Assembly: GCF_032118995.1 (NCBI RefSeq)
Contig: NC_092661.1
Coordinates: forward strand, 18,173,185-18,237,184
DNA from: Asterias amurensis
Taxonomy: Eukaryota
Direction: 5' to 3'
DNA: 64,000 nucleotides
Part shown: in pieces, positions 39,601-44,888 of the stretch
Layout of the letters: each line of letters begins with the position of its first letter
Numbering within the stretch: position 1 is the stretch's first letter
The notes under the pieces: model-generated
Seen by the model: the letters and a program-made list of their open reading frames with translations, nothing else
Told to the model about the DNA's origin: nothing
The model's database searches: none
Program-made: the position numbers and the translations under genes

Positions 39601-40274
39601 GGTGGGATTAGAACCAGCAACCTCCGGCACATTCAACTGGATGTCTATGGTTCTAGTCAATTTTTCTTTGTTCAACCCCCAAATCATAATAAGGGAATCA
39701 ATGTGTGGTGAAGAGGTTTTCAACTAGTGGTTTAATCCCAACGAGGCCTGGTTCTTGATAATTTTACCGAGACGAAGTGAAGGTAAATCTATGAACATTT
39801 TCTTTACATGCCTGCGTGAAATTTCTTACTGATAGAATTTGTGTCCAGAAGAAACCATTGTCTGATGTGTTTCAGTGCTTCTCCTTGCTGTTTGTCTGTA
39901 TCAGCCTTTTGTCGCATGTATTCAATCAATGGCTCTAGTATAACTTGTGGGATACGATACTGGATTGGACGGAAACCATATTTCTGACCGAGGATACACA
40001 CAAAAAACGGTCCAACTGAGTTTTCCCTGCGTGAATAAAGACAAAAACAAAATAATATCAAAATTCAATTCAATTCAATTCAATTCAATTCAATTCAATT
40101 CAAGAATACATTTGTTTCCATACTCTCATAAAAGAATAACAACAGTTACATGTATTACGGAGTAAAGCAAAACATTTCTTTAAGTAAGAGTAAACATGAA
40201 TAAATAAATAGAGTACGGGCCGCTTTGGTAAGCATAAGCTTGTTAACAACAGCCAGACAAGAAAACGAGACAAC

Positions 40275-40306
<32 letters not shown>

Positions 40307-41747
40307 AAGGACAGATGAACATAATACATGACACAACAAATTCATAATAGAAGCGACAAGCTGGCAGAACAGTTTAAGCTGAAAATAAATAAGACAAGTG
40401 AAATGTAGACTACAAGCAACAGAGGAAGCAGTTAAAGATTTGAAGCCATGACATTCCACAATCAATTTGTACTAATTTACTTCAGATGCAAGAATTTCTA
40501 TTTAACTAATTTTTAATTTTGGGATGAGAACAATAAAGCAAGAGAAAAAGTCCTGATTTATCAGAAAGACTTTTTGGTCTGATATGAATGCAAGCACTGC
40601 GTAAGAAATGAGTGTCATTTATGAGGGTTGACTCTTTGTAGAGCACCCAAATTTGATTTACTTTTGCAAGCAGAAAATGCTACTCATAAAATATGTATCA
40701 TGGACTTTAAAATACAAGGATACATAAATTCTTATTATGTATTTGTGTCCAGTCAATTCTTAAACCAGCTTAGCCCATTTCCCAAAGATAAGTCCATCGT
40801 AATCCTAAAGAGTTGCAAAGTCTACTGTACTCAAATAGTTGCACCACAACATATTTCAAATGACATTGTTCCTTTTAACCTTGCAAAAATTGTTAAATGG
40901 CTTCACATTTCAATCCTAGAAGATTCTTTTTTAATGAATACAATTATTTAGCCTTATAAAAAGATTCTGCTAGAGTAAAAATTGTGATATCATTACAATT
41001 CAATAGATGTTAAATTGCCTGTGTTTTTTTCACAGACCTCTAATAAGTACTGAGAATACAGTGCTAACAAACATTGGTGTACGTGATGGGTAAAACCCAA
41101 ATGAACACCATTACAACTGTGTTGCATTCATACTATAGGTCGTTTTGGTTAGTAAGTAGTTTGCAATAGCTAATATTTGTTTCTTCCTTTTATCTTTGAT
41201 TACCTGCATCTAGCTACCTCCTCTAGACATATATCACTGGCCATGTGAGCATCACACACTGTCTGTCGTATACCCCATCTCATGTCTACAGCATTGAACT
41301 CCATCCCAATCTGCCGTGTGTAATCTCTAACATAGGGGTACACATCCTCCATCAGAAGGTTCCTCTCCAGCTTCATGTCAGTGAAAGTAGAACTGATGAA
41401 GACCCAGACCTCACGGGCGTTTCTTTTGAGGTGTGCTGGTGCAACTTCCCCACGCATGGCTGAGAGAAACTCCGCCGAAGCCTCCTTGTCATTCATAGCA
41501 TCTTGAACTCTCTCACGTTCTATTTCAAATTTATCTCTCGCTTCATTGAGGATTGTTTTCCATGGTTCCCGTTCCCTGCGGTCGGTATTCCAGAGTCGGT
41601 TTCCTGATCCGCCTTGCATGCGAATCATAGCAATGTGGGACAATTTCATGGGTTTTAATTTTTGCCATGTTTTGAACTTGCGATTTCCTGCAGGAAGAGT
41701 CAGGCCACTTTGACCCATTGTCCCTGCACCGTTACCCATTTTGGTGT
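20932..41747 (-). CDS. Gene span of a NACHT and WD40 repeat protein (NWD1/NWD2-like, STAND NTPase with a DUF4062-like N-terminus). It has 24 coding exons. A putative noncoding first exon lies upstream near 42407-42440.
   Basis: Exon 1 translation contains VWVFISSTFTDMKLERNLLMEDVYPYVRDYTRQIGMEFNAVDMRWGIRQ (DUF4062-like), as found at the N-terminus of NWD proteins. The Walker A motif GCGGCGKTSLL sits in exon 6. The motifs ILGQKYGFRPIP, VIFLDSLDQL and LAMYFLG resemble conserved NWD segments. The C-terminal exons carry WD40-type motifs (TIRVWR, SQDKSVRIWD). Every junction has an AG acceptor and a GT donor, phases are consistent, and the total coding sequence is 5016 nt (1671 aa). Confidence 0.8.
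22485..22701 (-). CDS. NWD-like exon 23
   Basis: The acceptor is tatttctttctgctcag. The translation is RLIPYVNPHYIFTIFREALLTCFTTSNRPGMLYLYEVLPERAIQDWKLNPLIVPGIQDYPQDVKEFKHSPDLL. The donor is TTATTG|gtatgt. Confidence 0.6.
23244..23373 (-). CDS. NWD-like exon 22
   Basis: The acceptor is tttttatgcatgtag. The translation is RPGKLLCMSDDFVASACNGSDFDIWNINSPRLAINNRVIKGMH. The donor is CACAG|gtaacg. Confidence 0.55.
23601..23950 (+). mobile_element. tRNA-derived SINE with an A-box (GTGGCCGAGCGGTTAAGAGCAC) and a B-box (GGGTTTGAATCCCC), in NWD intron 21. The 3-prime end is uncertain.
   Basis: GTCGTGGCCGAGCGGTTAAGAGCACCGAATTC...AGCAGAGTGTGGGTTTGAATCCCCAGGCATGACACTCGTGTCCTTAAGCAAGACACTTAACC is read here. 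Related fragments lie at 22055-22135, 36755-36835, 37215-37375 and 38225-38520. Confidence 0.65.
24273..24423 (-). CDS. NWD-like exon 21 (WD40)
   Basis: The acceptor is tcttgttttctatag. The translation is NHDGPVQSCVYSSDGRHAVTSCEQNEDHWLWSVTKTPPDVVLQLRSGESC. The donor is TTGCA|gtaagt. Confidence 0.6.
24866..25048 (-). CDS. NWD-like exon 20 (WD40)
   Basis: The acceptor is tattttctgaag. The translation is VLRLYPTVEWCLLQGHIGPVLSADFGETMSDDLLLATGSQDKSVRIWDTANMTGSVTDKDL. The donor is GATCTG|gtaaga. Confidence 0.65.
25588..25830 (-). CDS. NWD-like exon 19
   Basis: The acceptor is tttcccaatttccccattcatag. The translation is DTKHFETENLKGQLNNTSLRFSQDGRKLLGVLPNGTYRWVVKGNKTKTEGHKLSLHSQGANNVISHNLEFIANLVGDSDLK. 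The donor is TTAAAG|gtatgt. Confidence 0.65.
26411..26503 (-). CDS. NWD-like exon 18 (WD40)
   Basis: The acceptor is tttcttgaattacag. The translation is CRPKAVTFMPSGKMVAIAYKDVYLWDIAKET. The donor is GAGACA|gtaagt. Confidence 0.6.
27441..27592 (-). CDS. NWD-like exon 17 (WD40)
   Basis: The acceptor is tttgttcctttag. The translation is GKFSVNIPLEIDTQVTVFIPKTNRHIYIVTFGRLYVYGTHDGKLIQRKELK. The donor is CTCAAG|gtacgt. Confidence 0.65.
27841..28223 (+). mobile_element. MITE family A copy, in NWD intron 16
   Basis: It runs from TTAAAGGCAGTGGACACTATTGGTAATTACTC to GGTAATTACCAATAGTGTCCACTGCCTTTAAG. Confidence 0.8.
28389..28527 (-). CDS. NWD-like exon 16 (WD40)
   Basis: The acceptor is tgttatttcag. 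The translation is VASGALEVTVEGEPIKMEFAGHCYWLAVLEKTGVKLLGLGQGGYAK. The donor is CTAAAG|gtatgt. Confidence 0.6.
29335..29486 (-). CDS. NWD-like exon 15 (WD40)
   Basis: The acceptor is tcccaatttgtccccag. The translation is MFTWLDLSKEQCHGAEIMTLTHTAPVALCQFSKNCKYLATFCQDNTIRVWR. The donor is TGGCGG|gtaaga. Confidence 0.7.
29866..30043 (-). CDS. NWD-like exon 14
   Basis: The acceptor is tgtattctgcag. The translation is AADKCEFGGKLKDFYRMVRSNASMIQKYPQLICQQALNEPDSSSCSAYAKDYLTVHGKN. The donor is AACA|gtgagt. Confidence 0.55.
31366..31609 (-). CDS. NWD-like exon 13
   Basis: The acceptor is cttcttacag. The translation is RWADTPKPYREKGSGNMAVTHRGVQSQPLVISSGSATRHNSVADIDSLKTSKSPKKIHWNLRKLTELPRHIIRGNLWEDADR. 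The donor is GATAGG|gtgaga. A tandem duplicate of the acceptor plus the start of this exon sits in the upstream intron (see findings). Confidence 0.65.
31533..31727. repeat. Tandem duplication of 90/91 bp (two copies with a 14-bp spacer). It covers the acceptor and the first 76 nt of NWD exon 13.
   Basis: Copy A (31533-31622) carries the real acceptor and exon start. Copy B (31637-31727) is 97% identical, with one A-to-G and one C-to-T substitution and a 1-nt indel, and lies in the upstream intron. Confidence 0.85.
32169..32313 (-). CDS. NWD-like exon 12
   Basis: The acceptor is tcccgtctaaag. The translation is GDYLVEGGVDNVVVYRWYHRLFYEKARQLYLSDSAALLHQALAMYFLG. The donor is GGAAG|gtaggc. Confidence 0.6.
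32341..32480 (+). mobile_element. MITE family A copy truncated at its 5-prime end, in NWD intron 11
   Basis: CTTAAAGACACTGAACACTATTTATTGGTAATTACTCAAAATGATTG ... GAGGAACGGCTCCCTCTGAAG is present, but the right half is missing. Confidence 0.6.
32619..32818 (-). CDS. NWD-like exon 11
   Basis: The acceptor is ttttattttccacag. The translation is ELEVKHGEIFVRHALGYLTASATGLSANELIDVLSCDDVVLDDVFEFHIPPIRRLPPLLWTRLRLDL. The donor is CTTAG|gtgagt. Confidence 0.7.
33117..33379 (-). CDS. NWD-like exon 10
   Basis: The acceptor is ctaatctgtag. The translation is NEDSYFEIVRLDEQDQHNIIDLMLSKSGRSLTPDQKQIVLHAHHDETPTPLFMRLACDIAKKWKSYTPLKECKLADSTPGLIEQLFN. The donor is AACGA|gtatgt. Confidence 0.65.
33470..33592. 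mobile_element. MITE family G (AGGATTAATC..CCTAACTTAGGATGGGTTC..GGAACTTAAC..CCTAAGTCCTAAGATTAATCC..GGTGAAATCGAC), in NWD intron 9
   Basis: Copies at 48575-48745 and 63503-63675 share the body and the CGATTTCAC ... GTGAAATCG terminal inverted repeats. Confidence 0.6.
33997..34151 (-). CDS. NWD-like exon 9 (Walker B region)
   Basis: The acceptor is ttttttgtag. The translation is MIFLDSLDQLTNENEGRDLHWLCPVLPKHVHLIVTIRPNAGGALSAMRNLVK. The donor is GTGAAG|gtatgt. Confidence 0.7.
34711..34819 (-). CDS. NWD-like exon 8
   Basis: The acceptor is tctatttccag. The translation is LSYCLNLDLSKVPTEYKLLTRRFVELLGKASAEKPI. The donor is ATCA|gtaagt. Confidence 0.6.
35170..35251 (-). CDS. NWD-like exon 7
   Basis: The acceptor is tatttcttag. 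The translation is RPIHVMRFIAITPNSSNIRDLLYFICLQ. The donor is TTACAG|gtaagt. Confidence 0.65.
36099..36199 (-). CDS. NWD-like exon 6 (NACHT P-loop)
   Basis: The acceptor is gttttatag. The translation is PFVVHGCGGCGKTSLLAKVISQSLDSWEGCNVG, which contains a Walker A motif (GxxxxGKT). The donor is GGAAG|gtaggt. Confidence 0.8.
36838..37215 (+). mobile_element. MITE family B copy, in the NWD intron between exons 5 and 6
   Basis: It runs from TTAAAGCCATTGGACCCTTTCGG to CCGAAAGGGTCCAATGGCTTTAAG. Confidence 0.7.
37435..37589 (-). CDS. NWD-like exon 5
   Basis: The acceptor is cttgcacag. The translation is GALSLMSSMDNPLFSEVISHSIFCRERADLFAGRENLIRGISAYLKLPHGLR. The donor is AAGG|gtaagt. Confidence 0.7.
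37919..38037 (-). CDS. NWD-like exon 4
   Basis: The acceptor is tcttttcag. The translation is KYSLRFYPDSDAMYNDSQNREKLKSFLDNFCDYLVKSVHK. The donor is AAAG|gtaaga. The 170-aa ORF at 37650..38162 in the track is this exon fused to open intronic frame. Confidence 0.65.
38225..38520 (-). mobile_element. tRNA-derived SINE copy (same family as 23601), in the NWD intron between exons 3 and 4
   Basis: This is the reverse complement of the 23601 element (..GGTTAAGTGTCTTGCTTATGGACACAAGTGTCACGGCTTGGGATTCGAACCTACACTCTGCTGATCAGAAAC..). The ORF at 38231..38539 lies inside it. Confidence 0.65.
38601..38930. mobile_element. Family F MITE reduced to its left half. It ends about 19 bp from the donor of NWD exon 3.
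   Basis: It begins GGATTTGAGGCATTGCATGGTGAAGTATCAATGTATATTTCGTTTGCGGTAACACCATGTGTGTATCTACTTGCCAGGTAGAGTTTGTTC, but the right-hand inverted repeat is absent. Confidence 0.6.
38949..39342 (-). CDS. NWD-like exon 3
   Basis: The acceptor is ctttacag. The translation is KAEYVLQPITWKFPNQKNDAKQRDDWWALF...FKRNFTNFDLKNAGTQYYIDQADGQLDNEAQTKLENLMTNISDTISSDRIQ. The donor is CAGAA|gtgagt. Confidence 0.65.
39830..40026 (-). CDS. NWD-like exon 2
   Basis: The acceptor is ttcacgcag. The translation is (R)ENSVGPFFVCILGQKYGFRPIQYRIPQVILEPLIEYMRQKADTDKQQGEALKHIRQWFLLDTNSI. The donor is TCA|gtaaga. Confidence 0.7.
40066..40100. repeat. (CAATT)n microsatellite in NWD intron 1
   Basis: ttcaattcaattcaattcaattcaattcaattcaattcaag. 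Confidence 0.9.
40272..40310. repeat. (CAGA)n microsatellite in NWD intron 1
   Basis: cagacagacagacagacagacagacagacaaaaag. Confidence 0.9.
41204..41739 (-). CDS. NWD-like exon 1 (coding part). The exon probably begins at the acceptor at 41747.
   Basis: The ATG at 41739-41737 has the context ACACCAATGG. It translates as MGNGAGTMGQSGLTLPAGNRKFKTW...VWVFISSTFTDMKLERNLL...MRWGIRQTVCDAHMASDICLEEVARC. The donor is GATGCAG|gtaatc at 41203. Confidence 0.7.
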
Positions 41748-42369
41748 CTAAAATAATAAAATGTATCCACAAAAATAAAAAATTTGAGGGGGAGTAGTTA
41801 CTCAGGTTACATTTTTCTTTCAAGATGTTTTCGCTCCAATGTTGAACACAAAATTGAAGCAGTTATTATTCCAGCTGGTAAAAACAAAAGGGCAAAAGGT
41901 AAAAGATACGAGTAAACTTCATACAAATTTTCACAAATCAGGACATCTAGTGTGCATTAGTTGGGGGCCAAAAGGACAGAAGACGCCAAATACAAAATTT
42001 TGCCAACTGGTAAATTTCTCAAGTTGCAAAGAGAAATGCTTACAAATAAATAATAATATTAATCCAAGCGCAGTCATTTCTTCCTAATGAGTAATGCTGT
42101 GCAAAAATTATTAAGTACATTGTACGATCAAACAATTGTATGACGGCGTTTGTAGTGAAACCAATATAAGAAGGGTGGGGGGGGGGGGGGGTTGTTTTTT
42201 GTCCCTTCATATTTATGAGACAAAAAACCCAAAACAAGAGGTGTTCCGAGCCTTAACACCTAAAATAAGAAAATACCAGAATCAAAATGAGAATAAAGTT
42301 TATGTTAAACCTGATTTAAGATGTGAACAAACACTACAAAAGGTTCATTTCATTTGTCGTATAGACCTT

Positions 42370-42530
42370 AAATGCACATGACGTCATTTCAGTAGGGCGC
42401 CCTCACCTAGAGGTCAAAAGTAGGTTGTTCATTGGCCAATTAGTGTGCGCCGCGCGTACAAATGTGTGCGTTTCCGATTGTTTCGTCACCGTTTTTCCAC
42501 TAAGATGGCCGCTGGATGACGTCAATACAT
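42370..42530 (-). promoter_or_regulatory. Putative core promoter and 5-prime noncoding exon of the NWD-like gene. It carries two perfect CRE palindromes (TGACGTCA), a palindromic double CCAAT box (ATTGGCCAAT) and a CpG-rich stretch (GCGCCGCGCG). A GT donor follows on the minus strand.
   Basis: TGACGTCA occurs at 42379-42386 and at 42517-42524. ATTGGCCAAT is at 42441-42450. Reading the minus strand, CCTCTAG|gtgagg places a donor at 42406/42405, which pairs with the acceptor ttattttag|ACACCAAAATGG at 41749/41748. This would give a noncoding exon 1 of roughly 42407-42440. Confidence 0.4.
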
Positions 42531-42983
42531 AAGGTCTATTGGTTTAGTGATTCAGTACACAACAAAGTTGTACGATTTTATCAGACTCAAAGTCAACACA
42601 CAGTGAGCTGAACAACACAAAACCACGATACTTGTCCAGTTGCGAATTTACTGAATCAATGGTAAAAACACTGGCATGAGCATGTGGTCCAGTGTTAAGC
42701 CCTGAGTGTTCAACCAAGTTCTAGAAGTTGTTCCTACCTAAAAATTGTCATCGCAGCAGTTTAACTTGCCGTTACTGGTCTTTAAAAGTATTGTATATGT
42801 AGCATTTGAACCTTGAACCTAAAGGATCGCATATCAGACCATGGAGCTATTTTATAGCTCCATGATCAGACCTGCAACTGCCTCTAAACAACCTTTTAAG
42901 TAATGCCCAGACTACTGCAGTGTTGTTATATTTATTTAGTCTGGTACTTGAGTGAGATCAAACAAGAATCATGTACTCAGAAG

Positions 42984-43345
42984 CTTAAAGGGAAGGTACA
43001 CGTTTGGTTATTACTCAAAACAAATATTAACTTTTAAACCGACTTGATAAAAACATTGTGAGAAACGGCTCCCTCAGAACACCTCCATGCTCTGAAGTAG
43101 CGTAGATTTTGAGAGAGGTAATTTCTCACTAAAATATTAAAAGACTTCCAGCCAGAAGTCTTTTATTCCTATCTGAAAGCACACAAATTCGTTCAACAAG
43201 GGGTCATTTCTTGCATCATTTTCTCGCAACTTCGGTGACCAATTGAGTTCAAATTTTTACAGGCTTGTTATTTCATGCTTGTTGGGATACACCAAGTGAG
43301 AAGACTGGTCTTTGACAATTACCAAACATGTTCAGTGCCTTTAAT
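42984..43345 (+). mobile_element. MITE family A copy
   Basis: It runs from CTTAAAGGGAAGGTACACGTTTGGTTATTACTC to CAATTACCAAACATGTTCAGTGCCTTTAA. Confidence 0.75.
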
Positions 43346-43823
43346 AGTATCTGCAGCCAACTTTTATTGCCGAGAATAAAAACCCTTATCAAATATACTA
43401 CAAATAATTTTGACAAGATTTGATTGACAAGAATAACCCATAGGTAGTACAATAAAGATTTAATCTTTTTTAGAGCTCAGTTTCAATATGTTTGTAGCCT
43501 AATATTTTGATAAGATTTTTTGTGAATTTTAATAATTTATTCAAGATCTCATATTATAAATGCAAATAATGTTGGCCAAACAAGAAAAAGTAAACGTGTC
43601 CTCTTGTCCGTTTCGATTACTAAGTAAATAATCTGAATTTGTGAACTGTGTAGCTGTGAGAGTCATACACGTACATGTAGCTCTTGACGTCCCTGAGACA
43701 TAAGAGCAATGCTTAATACGGTACAAGACAATCCCAAAACAAGACCGGTCCCTTCAGCTGGAAAATTATGCAACAGGATTTGCAAACTTTGAACTCTATA
43801 ATGTAATGAGCTTTTCTGTTATT

Positions 43824-43861
<38 letters not shown>

Positions 43862-44019
43862 TGGGGGGGGGGGGGCTAAGTTTTACGATGTTTCTACCAT
43901 TGTTGTGTGATAGTGACTGACTGTACAACTATATTTTAACTGTTGAAAATGTTGAACATTTAATGGTCAGCCGCAGCTCTTTACTTTGAGAGAGCGATTA
44001 CGACAACCTATGGTTAGGC

Positions 44020-44457
44020 CAAATAAAAAAAATACCAGTTGATCGTCCCCGTGCGCTTCCTTTTTTGGGGCCGCATGCTTTTTTTCGATTTTTGTAAAAA
44101 AAATAAAAAAATATTTTTTTTTTTTTTTAATCCATCTTTTCAAAAGGACTGAACTAGGAGCTTTCCCCAAATTTAACGTGATGCTGTCGAACACTTGTAA
44201 TAAAACAATCTTAGGGAATGCCTACCAGCAAATCTTGTCAGTGTTATATCCGACCTTGTTAGTGTTAGTGTTAAAACAGGTGGTCGTCATGATGCAACTT
44301 AAAGGTATAAAATAAGTTTTAGAATTGATGGCCTTTTTTATTTGAAATACTAAGCGCCCATCTTGAATTTGTTTTAGTAAATAGTAAATAATAAGGCCCT
44401 CATCCTCCTCTTTCATGAAAAATCCGGACGATCAACTGGTATTTTTTTTTATTTGGC
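44020..44457. mobile_element. Foldback element. Its terminal inverted repeats read GGCCAAATAAAAAAAATACCAGTTGATCGTCC.
   Basis: The terminus at 44020-44051 matches GGACGATCAACTGGTATTTTTTTTTATTTGGCC at 44425-44457 in reverse complement. Confidence 0.6.
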
Positions 44458-44739
44458 CTTATGTTATCCTTGCTTTTGATTGCCTGACAGAGATAACAAC
44501 GGATTATAAATATCAGGAAGTGAAGTACGATTACATTTAATATTATAGTAGGCTCATCTAACATGAAAAAGAAACCTACTGAAGGCCTGTTGTAAATGTA
44601 AAACATGGAAAGAGACTCAAGCAGGTCAAACAGAGTGTCGGTCTGAATTATAATAGTTGGCAGAAAAACTTTCCGTATCCTGCCACCACATTTTCATTAG
44701 TTTAAACAAATAAAATAGCCTATATGAGATTTCGATACT

Positions 44740-44888
44740 CCTTTTTGTAAAAGGGGAAAAGTTTTCGTATGGCGCCACCACTTTTTCATTCGATATGAAA
44801 TAATATAGTATTTAATTTACCTCAATGAGATATCCCTTTCTGTAAAAGTGAGTGAAAAAGTGGTGGCGCCATACGGAAAGTTATCCCT
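44740..44888. mobile_element. Hairpin MITE copy
   Basis: It runs from AAAAGTTTTCGTATGGCGCCACCACTTTTTCATTCG to GAAAAAGTGGTGGCGCCATACGGAAAGTT. Confidence 0.75.

Noticed and set aside
41740-41823. In-frame upstream extension MKEKCNLSNYSPSNFLFLWIHFIILDTK of NWD exon 1
   Set aside because: It is AT-rich and low-complexity. A good acceptor (ttattttag) sits at 41749/41748, so this is probably intron rather than coding sequence. The ATG at 41739 has the better Kozak context.
42832-42872. A short perfect palindrome CAGACCATGGAGCTATTTTATAGCTCCATGATCAGACC
   Set aside because: It is a 10-17-bp stem, too small and isolated to interpret. It is probably a remnant of a MITE terminus.
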